Shown here: positions 24,043 to 32,000 of the stretch, piece after piece
How the letters are laid out: every line of letters begins with the position of its first letter
How positions within the stretch are numbered: position 1 is the stretch's first letter
Sequence record: NC_010821.1
Direction: 5' to 3' (one strand)
From: Pseudomonas phage 201phi2-1
Length of the DNA stretch: 32,000 nt
Notes under the pieces: model-generated
What the model saw: only the letters and a program-made list of their open reading frames with translations
What the model was told of the DNA's origin: nothing
Databases searched by the model: none
Position numbers and translations under genes: made by a program

Positions 24043-26796
24043 ATGACTCAAAGTAAGAAAGTGGATACTTATCCTAAATTGGCAGCCCTTCGTTTAGGTC
24101 ATGCAGCTACACCTACTAACGCCGTTTTAAACATTCTGCGTAAAGGTGTCAATGACCCAACTGGTTCGGCATCACAACCCAAAGTGGATGTGAACCGCTA
24201 CACTATGGATAAGGTGTCCCGACAGACATCGCAAGATCAGACTGACTCTGATGCAGTTATGCAACTGCTACCAGAACTTCAGTTGGTAAAAACCGTAACC
24301 ATTGGTACGACACTCGATCCAAAGTCGATGTCTGAATCTAACCTTACGTTCACCGTTGACCCTACTGTGTTCGACAGTGAGATTGGTAAGTTGTTGCTTG
24401 AGCCAATTGAAACTTTCTTCAAGAAAGACTATAAGATTGACGACCGCCTCGACCTCATCCTGACGGATTGCTTGTTCACCAAGGGTTCATCGGTGCTATG
24501 CGTATTACCTGAGAACACATTGGACTCTCTGGTAAACGGTCGACAACAAATGTCGATGGAATCTTTTGAACAGATTCGTAATCACGTTAGTGCCTCTAAT
24601 AATAAGCCACTAGGTATTTTAGGATCACCCAAGCCACGTGGTACAGGGCCAAAGATCTCCCTTGAATATCATGATGGGGTTTCAGCAGAATCGGGTGTAA
24701 AAGGTTATGCTGAATTCTTGAAGAAAAACGTTACACTTGAACACATCACTGTAACTGATAACTTCGATGGCCTAAAGATTCCTCAGATGTCTCAACGTAT
24801 CCGTGAGCTTACGATCGCACAGAAACTGCGCGGGCGTAATATCTCTATGGAAGCTGAAGTTCACCACTTCAAGAACAAAGAGATTGAAGAACTCTATCAG
24901 GCTACTCATGCAACTTCTGAACAGACTCAAGTTATTTCCTCACCGAAGTATATGTCACGTCCGTCAGTCGGTCATCCCCTGATTCTTCCACTTCCACCAG
25001 AGTCAGTCATTCCAGTATTCGTATCTGGTCGACCTTACGAACACATTGGTTATTTCCTGCTGGTAGACCATAACGGTTATCCAGTCTCGAAAGACACCAC
25101 TCGTGACTTCTATGGTGAGATGCAGTCGGGTTGGAAGTCCAGTACCCAAGGTGGGTCTAACGCTCAAGGTTCTAGTGAAATCCTTCGACTGACCCGTGAG
25201 GCAATGGGTGACAACGGCAATAAGTCTGAGTACGAAGTAGACCATATCCAACAGGCTTTCAACGCCATCCTGACTAGCGACCTGAACAACCGTCTCCGTA
25301 ACGGGATGTACGATCAGGAAATTGAAGTTGGCATGTCGCAAGAGATCCAGCGGATTATGCTTTACCGTAGCTGGAAAGCTAAGTCGACTCAGTTGGTTTT
25401 CGTACCAGTTGAACTCATGACCTACATCGCATTCGACTACAACAACAATGGTATCGGTGAAACTCTGATTGCTCGTACTAAGATGTTGTCGACAATGCGT
25501 ACCACACTGCTGTTCGCTGAAACCATTGGTGGTATGCGTAACGCAATGGGTCGTAAGAAAGTCCGTATCGAAATCGACCCAGATGATCCAGATCCAGAAC
25601 AAACGATCTCCAACATCCAATCGGTTATCATGGAACAGTCTCACCGGAGTTTCCCTCTGGCTGCACCTGATCCAGGACAAACCTTGGATGCACTGATGCG
25701 TTCTGGTTATGACTTTGAGATTAACTCTAACGACTCGGCCTATGCTTCGACTAAGGTTGAGTTTGACGATTACAATACCAATGTCAATGCTGGTAACCCA
25801 GATCTGCAAGACCGTCTTCGCCGTTATCACATCAGCTCCTTTGGTATTCCACCAGAGAAAGTTGACCCAATGGCTAGTCCAGACTTTGCAACCTCGATCG
25901 TGAACAACGACTTGGTTACGGCACGTGTGGTTAAAGAACGTCAGAAAGCATTGTGTGAACACCTGTCTAAGTTCATCCGTGTATTCTCCGTACATAGTTC
26001 CATTATCCGTGATGCGCTGAAAACTAAGATCCACGACAACGTTTCCATGATCGTATCCCCTGAGTTGAAGAAACTCACGGTAGATGAACTTATCGATGAA
26101 TTCATCTTGGCAATCAGCGTAGGTCTCCCTGCACCAGACAACACTCAACATGAGCGTCAACTGGAAGCATTGGAAGTTTACGAACGCTTGCTGGATAAGG
26201 CACTGGAATCTCATATCACTCCAGATATGTTCCCAGATGACCTCACTGAGATCGCAGGCCTGGCCGATGATATCTTGCTTAACACCAAAGCAATGTTCAT
26301 GCGTCAATACATGGCTACTAACAACATCATGCCAGAGTTGAATATTCTGACCGAGATGGATGGTAATAGACCAGCGTTCAGTCTGTTGGACTTCATCAAT
26401 ACCCAACGTGCAACAACCGTTCAGGCATTCCTTGAATACGCGGCAGGTAAGAAGAAGTTCAAAGATCGTCTGCACTCACTCTACAAAGAAATTATTGAGT
26501 CTATCAATAATGACGCCGATGGCGGCGGCTTTGGTGATAGTGGTGGCGGTGGTTTCGGCGACGAGCCAACTGACGATGAAGGTGGTGGGTTTGATGATGA
26601 TTCGTCGTTTGACGATACATCTAACAATGAACTCGATGACGATTCACAAAATGAATTGGATTCAGATTTCAGTATGGACAATACCCAAGAGTCCGATGAT
26701 CTTGCTGAAGATGATGACGCCTCTGATCTTAATGATCCGATGCAATCAGCTGAAGAAGATGAGAACGAGGAAGACGAAGGTAGTCGCCCTCAGTAG
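24043..26796 (+). CDS. probable portal protein (917 aa)
   Basis: Large protein with portal-like organisation: central EIQRIMLYRSWKAKSTQLVFVPVELMTYIAFDYNNNGIGETLIARTKMLSTMRTTLLFAE, then GIPPEKVDPMASPDF and a helical C-terminal region, plus an acidic Gly-rich tail. No database comparison was made. Confidence 0.55.
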   Translation: MTQSKKVDTYPKLAALRLGHAATPTNAVLNILRKGVNDPTGSASQPKVDVNRYTMDKVSRQTSQDQTDSDAVMQLLPELQLVKTVTIGTTLDPKSMSESNLTFTVDPTVFDSEIGKLLLEPIETFFKKDYKIDDRLDLILTDCLFTKGSSVLCVLPENTLDSLVNGRQQMSMESFEQIRNHVSASNNKPLGILGSPKPRGTGPKISLEYHDGVSAESGVKGYAEFLKKNVTLEHITVTDNFDGLKIPQMSQRIRELTIAQKLRGRNISMEAEVHHFKNKEIEELYQATHATSEQTQVISSPKYMSRPSVGHPLILPLPPESVIPVFVSGRPYEHIGYFLLVDHNGYPVSKDTTRDFYGEMQSGWKSSTQGGSNAQGSSEILRLTREAMGDNGNKSEYEVDHIQQAFNAILTSDLNNRLRNGMYDQEIEVGMSQEIQRIMLYRSWKAKSTQLVFVPVELMTYIAFDYNNNGIGETLIARTKMLSTMRTTLLFAETIGGMRNAMGRKKVRIEIDPDDPDPEQTISNIQSVIMEQSHRSFPLAAPDPGQTLDALMRSGYDFEINSNDSAYASTKVEFDDYNTNVNAGNPDLQDRLRRYHISSFGIPPEKVDPMASPDFATSIVNNDLVTARVVKERQKALCEHLSKFIRVFSVHSSIIRDALKTKIHDNVSMIVSPELKKLTVDELIDEFILAISVGLPAPDNTQHERQLEALEVYERLLDKALESHITPDMFPDDLTEIAGLADDILLNTKAMFMRQYMATNNIMPELNILTEMDGNRPAFSLLDFINTQRATTVQAFLEYAAGKKKFKDRLHSLYKEIIESINNDADGGGFGDSGGGGFGDEPTDDEGGGFDDDSSFDDTSNNELDDDSQNELDSDFSMDNTQESDDLAEDDDASDLNDPMQSAEEDENEEDEGSRPQ

Positions 26797-26805
26797 ACAA
26801 CATAA

Positions 26806-26829
26806 GACCCCGACCGTAAGGCCGGGGCT
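26806..26829. terminator. Convergent terminator CCCCGACC-gtaa-GGCCGGGG
   Basis: Near-perfect 8-bp stem (one A/C mismatch) with CTTTATG on one side and CATAAG on the other, between convergent stops. Confidence 0.8.
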
Positions 26830-26837
26830 TTATGCCG

Positions 26838-28124
26838 TTAACCTTCTACTCCGATAATACGGAAGTAAGCAGTCTCGTTCTTAACTGGCTGAGCCGGGTA
26901 GCGTCCACCGTTTACAGCTTTCTGTTGTAACCATGGGCGGTGATGAGCATCGTAGTTATTACGTTGGTTCATGGTCGCACAGTACACATATAACTGCTCT
27001 ACTGTTGGAGCTAACTGACTCTTGGCCATACCGGGTTCTTTGATGATGTGATAATCTAGCATCTTACCGTAAGCCCCTACCATCGGCAGTTGCTCTTGCT
27101 TACCATCAATGAATCGACCAGGTTCATTAAGATACTGAACTGGTTCGAAAGATTGGAAGAACGTTGGGGAATCAACAATAACAAAGAAACTCTGACTCAG
27201 TTTAAGGTAAGCCCTAATGACGGAATCATCTTTTAACTGCTGTGCATTGAATAACGTTTCACTATCGGGATCTGATTCAAGCCCTAAGCTACTGAGGTCC
27301 ATATCTTTAACCGATTGAATATACCGATTAAGGAACATCATTCGGCCGAAGCTTAGACGCCAGGTATTATCATTAACCCGCTCGTAAACATCTGAGAGTA
27401 CGTTAAGGTAACCGCCTGTTACCAACAACACCGTTTTGTCTTTGATATCGACATCACTTGGTAGTTTCAAATATGTAGCGTCCCAAAGAGGAGTGTCTTC
27501 AGAAGAAGCGATAATCATTTCATCAGTAATTGGAACAAACTTTAATTTACCAATCGTTTCAAATGAGTATAAACCAATCTGGTTATCATTAGACCTTAGT
27601 ACTGTTTTGTTACCATCGATAATCCTTACGCCATTTACAGTCCAGTCAGTTAAATGGAAATAACCATTTACTGAGATCAAACAGTTATCACGGATTACCT
27701 GTGGCTTAAACTTAGGATGAGTTAACACTAAGTCATCTTTATAGTGAACGGAGATATCTTGGTCAATATGACCATTGGCTGGAGCGGCTTGAATATCGTA
27801 ACCACAATGCCAGGCTTGTGCATACTTAACCAAACGAAGTTTCTCGTTGGGTAGCTGTGCATCAAATGGAAGTGTTTTGTTACCAATAGAAGTCAACCAT
27901 TGTTGTACAGTCAGCATAGGGTCAACACCATTTAAAGTGTATTCCACATTCGACCAGTGCAGTGCCTTTAATACAGGGCTACCTGCTCCTGGGTACTCGA
28001 TGTACAAATAGATATCACCATAGTTTGCAGAGAGCGTACCGATTGGCTCGTCAGCCAAATCAGCCTCGGCCCAGCGACCGTCGCGTCGATCTCGGCGGTA
28101 TCTTGCCCGTACTAATTCGTACAT
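26838..28124 (-). CDS. uncharacterised protein (428 aa), putative virion/tail structural
   Basis: Intact large ORF between portal candidate and fibre genes. Confidence 0.75.
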   Translation of the reverse strand: MYELVRARYRRDRRDGRWAEADLADEPIGTLSANYGDIYLYIEYPGAGSPVLKALHWSNVEYTLNGVDPMLTVQQWLTSIGNKTLPFDAQLPNEKLRLVKYAQAWHCGYDIQAAPANGHIDQDISVHYKDDLVLTHPKFKPQVIRDNCLISVNGYFHLTDWTVNGVRIIDGNKTVLRSNDNQIGLYSFETIGKLKFVPITDEMIIASSEDTPLWDATYLKLPSDVDIKDKTVLLVTGGYLNVLSDVYERVNDNTWRLSFGRMMFLNRYIQSVKDMDLSSLGLESDPDSETLFNAQQLKDDSVIRAYLKLSQSFFVIVDSPTFFQSFEPVQYLNEPGRFIDGKQEQLPMVGAYGKMLDYHIIKEPGMAKSQLAPTVEQLYVYCATMNQRNNYDAHHRPWLQQKAVNGGRYPAQPVKNETAYFRIIGVEG

Positions 28125-28216
28125 GTTTTACCTCCAGGAGTAAGATTGGACAATTCTATGTGAATTTCACATCATTACGCTAACAACAGCGCACTAGTGC
28201 TTCCTAGGAGGGCGCG

Positions 28217-30433
28217 ATGGCTTACAGTACAACTAATCTGTATCCAGAAGACCTTAACGGGACTAACCCGGCGAACTTGATTACTAACGAACCACAAACG
28301 TTACAAGTACCTGGTCCCGAAGACTACTACTTTATTATCCCGAAGGCGGCCCCGTTCTTCGTTGACTCCGTGAAGGTACTCAACGCTGCAACAATGCAAC
28401 CTTACGTGGAAGGTGATGACTACCAGCTAGGTCACCAATTCATTGAAGCTATGGACTCTACTGGTCGACCCATTGCCGGTAGTATTCGTTTCATGCGACC
28501 TACCATCACCGGTCAAGTACTTATTACTTACCGAACGTTGGGTGGTCCATGGGGCTTCAGTGATCAGGCGATCATGCGTGAGCTGTCGAACAAACTCGTC
28601 AACCCACTCATCCGCAGTTGGGGTGACATTGATCCGCTCCCTTACTCATTCCCACCATTACCCCATGATCAGCGAATCGACACACTTATTGGTTCTAAAC
28701 AGATCAATGACACCTTGATTCACATTGCTGAGATCATGGAAGCAACTGCTGAAGGGACCACACAATCTCACCTTAATGACTTTAATAACCCGCACCGGGT
28801 TAACAAGACCCAGGTAGGTTTGGGTAACGTCCCCAACTTTGCAATGGCTACCGATCAAGAGCATCAAGATGGTACTCGTAACGATTTGTTTACGAATCCT
28901 CGTGGTGTCCTGTTGATGATTCAGAAGTTTGCATTGGTTCCATTAGATGCACACATCGCCGACTATGGCAACCCACATCGGGTTAACAAGTCACAGGTAG
29001 GTTTGGGTAACGTACCAAACTTTGCAAAAGCAACTGCGGCGCAAGCAATAGATCCGACCAACGACTCGACATTCATGACTCCTTACACGGCAGCCCTGCT
29101 CGTGCAAAGTATGTCTAATGATCCACGTCTTGATCAATTGATCCTTGATTTCAACGAACACATCACTGCTAACAACCCGCACAATATCACACCTGCTCTG
29201 ATTGGCACTTACACATCGGAACAAATCGACGATATGATCGATGCTGTTTCCAGAGGTGGTGATGCAGCAACGTTCGACGGCCAAGATGCCGCACAGTGGG
29301 AAGCTAAGTTCCCGTCTAACGCTGACATGAATGCCATCCTCGATGAACTGTTCCAGACATTTGTTGATGCAAGTACCGCTTGGGCTCAATTGGATGTAAG
29401 TGATCCACTCACCCCTGCTGAGAAAGATACCATTGCAGCACGGCGATTGAGTTGGACGTTTGGCGACTACAACGCGTATGCGCTGTATAACTCTCTTGGG
29501 GACGGGGTTATTCAAGCTTCATCCGAAGTCGGTAATGGATTCCCAACTGGGGCAGTTGCTAACATGGTAGGTCGTTGGGGTACCACTAGTAATGGTGCAT
29601 ACTACGTTAACGATAATGGCACTGTTAAAGTTTGGGGTAGTGGTCCGGTTACTTTACCGACTAAGTATACCAACGCTTCAGATGCGGCTTTTGATCCGAT
29701 CGCAGCAGTGTACCCTTCTCTGGATTGGGTAATCCTACATTCTAGAGCTGGTGAGATCCTACGTGTGTCCCGAGGTACTGCCGCCAATGGTACGGGCGTG
29801 GTTCTTAAGAACGGTGACAACATTGTGTGGAGCATGTACCTTAATAACGGTATGGCCGATAACCGAGTATGTGCTATTTACGAGGACTCGGAGTCGAACT
29901 GGTTTGCTTTGGGTGATACTAGCTGGGTGGCGGCTTGTAATGCGTTACTATCGGCAGCCACCGCGGCTGATGCGACTGTGCTCGACGTACGTATTGGCAC
30001 CAATACCCTGGTGATCATCACCGAGACTGGTCCAGATACAGCTAAGGTTCAGAAAGTATACGTCTACGCTATCAACTGGGGTGGAACAATTACTCTAACT
30101 GACGTTAGTGGTACTACGGCTGTTCGTAACCACACTACAGGTGAAGTTCTGATGGCCGACCAACTGACTGGGGTTACTCAGGTAGCCGGCTCGTTTAACC
30201 ATACGGTACTTACTCGTCCGATTGCACCCGATCAAGAGCTTTGCGATCTGTTATCATTCGGTGACGACTCTAACGGTCAACTCGAGATCCCAGCGACATC
30301 GGCACCATTCTTAGCTATCGGTGCAGGTTACGGTTTTACAGTGACCATCAACCAATTCCGCTACGCTGAGTTCTGGGGTGATTCTCCAGACAACTCGCTG
30401 CTGTATCGTGGATCAGCTAGTATCGCACCTTAA
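28217..30433 (+). CDS. tail fibre / appendage protein (738 aa) with N-terminal attachment-type region, repeated NPHRVNKxQVGLGNVPNF modules and an RCC1-like C-terminal segment
   Basis: Two near-identical modules (NNPHRVNKTQVGLGNVPNFAMAT; GNPHRVNKSQVGLGNVPNFAKAT) and a third degenerate one (NNPHNITPALIG); C-terminal ELCDLLSFGDDSNGQLEIPATSAPFLAIGAGYGFTVTI resembles an RCC1-type propeller blade. Confidence 0.8.
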   Translation: MAYSTTNLYPEDLNGTNPANLITNEPQTLQVPGPEDYYFIIPKAAPFFVDSVKVLNAATMQPYVEGDDYQLGHQFIEAMDSTGRPIAGSIRFMRPTITGQVLITYRTLGGPWGFSDQAIMRELSNKLVNPLIRSWGDIDPLPYSFPPLPHDQRIDTLIGSKQINDTLIHIAEIMEATAEGTTQSHLNDFNNPHRVNKTQVGLGNVPNFAMATDQEHQDGTRNDLFTNPRGVLLMIQKFALVPLDAHIADYGNPHRVNKSQVGLGNVPNFAKATAAQAIDPTNDSTFMTPYTAALLVQSMSNDPRLDQLILDFNEHITANNPHNITPALIGTYTSEQIDDMIDAVSRGGDAATFDGQDAAQWEAKFPSNADMNAILDELFQTFVDASTAWAQLDVSDPLTPAEKDTIAARRLSWTFGDYNAYALYNSLGDGVIQASSEVGNGFPTGAVANMVGRWGTTSNGAYYVNDNGTVKVWGSGPVTLPTKYTNASDAAFDPIAAVYPSLDWVILHSRAGEILRVSRGTAANGTGVVLKNGDNIVWSMYLNNGMADNRVCAIYEDSESNWFALGDTSWVAACNALLSAATAADATVLDVRIGTNTLVIITETGPDTAKVQKVYVYAINWGGTITLTDVSGTTAVRNHTTGEVLMADQLTGVTQVAGSFNHTVLTRPIAPDQELCDLLSFGDDSNGQLEIPATSAPFLAIGAGYGFTVTINQFRYAEFWGDSPDNSLLYRGSASIAP
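28781..29035 (+). repeat. Intragenic tandem repeat, copies at about 28785-28850 and about 28971-29036, encoding NPHRVNK[TS]QVGLGNVPNFA[MK]AT
   Basis: Both protein and DNA are closely similar: ccgggttaacaagacccaggtaggtttgggtaacgtccccaactttgcaa vs tcgggttaacaagtcacaggtaggtttgggtaacgtaccaaactttgcaa. Confidence 0.85.
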
Positions 30434-30444
30434 GGAGGTGACCT

Positions 30445-30768
30445 ATGGCAATGGCTACCTTTCGAGTTAACCTCGATAAACTGAAGACAGCTATTCTTCA
30501 GTTATTCAATGGTCAACTGCAAAAAGTAACTACTCTTAAAGATCGTTTGAATGAACATACCTTAGCAACTGGTAATGTTCACGATCTTGAACCACGTGAC
30601 ATCGGTTTGGGTAACGTACCTGACTGGACACCTGCCACTAAAGTGCAGGCACAGCAAGGTTTGAGTAACAACGCCTTCATGACCCCACGCCGGGTGGATG
30701 ATTACGCAGACGCTAATATCTTCACCGTCATTGGTGATGCATTTAAAGACGCGGCTGATGATCTTTAA
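30445..30768 (+). CDS. small fibre-module protein (107 aa) carrying a single GLGNVPDW repeat unit
   Basis: AGGAGGTG RBS and ATG at 30445; LNEHTLATGNVHDLEPRDIGLGNVPDWTPATKVQAQQGLSNNAFMTPRRVDDY aligns with the modules of the upstream gene. Confidence 0.85.
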   Translation: MAMATFRVNLDKLKTAILQLFNGQLQKVTTLKDRLNEHTLATGNVHDLEPRDIGLGNVPDWTPATKVQAQQGLSNNAFMTPRRVDDYADANIFTVIGDAFKDAADDL

Positions 30769-30781
30769 ACACAACTAAACG

Positions 30782-30819
30782 GCAGAGGGAGCGCTGGTTA
30801 ATCCCAGTGCTTCCCCTGC
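30782..30819 (+). terminator. Terminator-like imperfect hairpin followed by TGTTATTTTCCCTT
   Basis: Long imperfect stem GCAGAGGGAGCGCTGG...CCAGTGCTTCCCCTGC in the gap after the 107-aa gene. Confidence 0.65.
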
Positions 30820-30842
30820 TGTTATTTTCCCTTGGAGCTGAC

Positions 30843-32000
30843 ATGGCTGACATTTATGTAAAGTATCCGTATGACCCTACTGGGAAGAATGCGGATAACC
30901 TAGTGTCTGGAGAACTACATACACTGACTCCAGTTAGTGGGTTCCCTTACAAAATTATTACCATGAACAATGGTGGCTTCTATGCTCGGACCTGCCGTGT
31001 ATATGACGCTGACTATAATCGCTTGGTGGAAAGTGTAGATTACATCTTAACTTACCGCTACGCACACCTCTCCCAAATGCTGGGACTTGAGGTTGTTAAC
31101 GACATCGTTTTCTTAGATCAGTCCCGTGTTGGCTCCGTGTATATATCGGCTCAGATGGTCGGTAGCGATGTGGCGTTTAGTTTGACCGGTATTCCAGACT
31201 ATGTTGAGTGGTACAGTAATCAAGAAGCTGGGTACTTACCACGAATGTTTGACTACAACGGTAATGAACCAGAATGGGGACCCGGTGAGCTTGATAAGGA
31301 GCGTTGGCGCTTAGACACATACCAACCGTTCAACAATGAGATCTACGAGCTTAGTCGGGCAGCTGAAGGCGGTCGTGGTGTAGGTGAAGACAACTTCCGT
31401 AAACAAGTAAAGGACAAGTACAATGCTTTCCTTGCAATGTTTACAGATCGGTTACAGCGTCACATCGATGATAAAGATAACCCGCACGTTACAACAAAGA
31501 ACCACTTGAAATTAGGGTTACTGCAAAACTACAGACTTGCAACGGTGACGGAGTCTAGACAAGGTGTATCAAACGCACTGTATCAAACGCCTGAGTTGTC
31601 TTGGCAAACCATTGATGCATTAGCTATGCAGCCGCTGAATAGTCATATCACCAACTACAGTAACCCTCACCAGACAACACCTGAGAAGATTGACTCACCA
31701 CGGAAGACTGTGGTTGATTCAACAATAGCTAGTAAGTACCTAGATAACGAAACGGTGGCTAATGCTAACTTGTTCATGAATGGTGCAACAGGCTTCACTT
31801 ATTCGCAGTACTATGCCGCTGTTCGGAGTAATATCCCAGCCGCAAGTTTTGCCGTGATTGGAGGATACTTGAACCCATACCGTCTTGGTCGGGGATCACC
31901 CGCATCAAACACAGTACTTCGTTCAGGTCCTAATCCAAGTTGGCAAACGATTGACTCGCTCATCATTGAAGCTAAACCACGCGCAGCACCGGGTTTAATG
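30843..32000 (+). CDS. tail fibre/baseplate-associated protein, truncated by the window end (at least 386 aa)
   Basis: ATG at 30843, open to the last base; manual translation begins MADIYVKYPYDPTGKNADNLVSGELHTLTPVSG. Contains HIDDKDNPHVTTKNHLKLGLLQNYRLATVTES and HITNYSNPHQTTPEKI, degenerate copies of the neighbouring fibre module. Confidence 0.75.
   Translation, partial: MADIYVKYPYDPTGKNADNLVSGELHTLTPVSGFPYKIITMNNGGFYARTCRVYDADYNRLVESVDYILTYRYAHLSQMLGLEVVNDIVFLDQSRVGSVYISAQMVGSDVAFSLTGIPDYVEWYSNQEAGYLPRMFDYNGNEPEWGPGELDKERWRLDTYQPFNNEIYELSRAAEGGRGVGEDNFRKQVKDKYNAFLAMFTDRLQRHIDDKDNPHVTTKNHLKLGLLQNYRLATVTESRQGVSNALYQTPELSWQTIDALAMQPLNSHITNYSNPHQTTPEKIDSPRKTVVDSTIASKYLDNETVANANLFMNGATGFTYSQYYAAVRSNIPAASFAVIGGYLNPYRLGRGSPASNTVLRSGPNPSWQTIDSLIIEAKPRAAPGLM

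Noticed and set aside
25003-26475. 490-aa minus-strand ORF opposite the portal candidate
   Set aside because: Codon-aligned antisense shadow of a codon-biased gene.
28781-29240. CRISPR-like or noncoding repeat array
   Set aside because: The repeats are in frame in a fibre gene and encode conserved peptide modules, with no regular short spacer structure.
1-32000. Mobile element or prophage boundary
   Set aside because: No transposase, integrase, terminal inverted repeats or composition break was identified; the window reads as continuous phage genome.

Overview
This window reads as a densely coded segment of a large tailed bacteriophage genome, most likely a jumbo myovirus with a phiKZ-type head. 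That assignment rests on gene size, order and motifs; no database search was run. Main blocks: (i) 132-5150 (+), a run of small, tightly coupled genes, including a putative 2OG-Fe(II) oxygenase-like protein (HxD...H...R) and a small nucleotidyltransferase-like protein (GS...DFD...D); (ii) 5194-9302 (-), a coiled or helical protein, three small proteins that look like diverged tandem paralogs, and a DnaB-like helicase/RecA-fold ATPase; (iii) 9431-20467 (+), a probable major capsid protein (746 aa), several large uncharacterised proteins, a lipoprotein and a GNAT acetyltransferase; (iv) 20522-32000 on alternating strands, with structural-looking proteins, a probable portal protein with a long acidic C-terminal tail, and three consecutive tail-fibre/appendage genes sharing an 'NPHxVNKxQVGLGNVPN' module, one ending in an RCC1-like segment. 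Intrinsic hairpins are numerous, and several share a CATAAAG flank. No tRNA, rRNA, CRISPR array, transposase, integrase or RNA polymerase subunit could be supported. The most useful leads are the short C-terminal motif shared by otherwise dissimilar early-type proteins, the paralog triplet, the fibre module reused as a stand-alone 107-aa protein, the highly codon-biased unknown 696-aa gene, and the terminator architecture. No complete, named defence or counter-defence system could be demonstrated.
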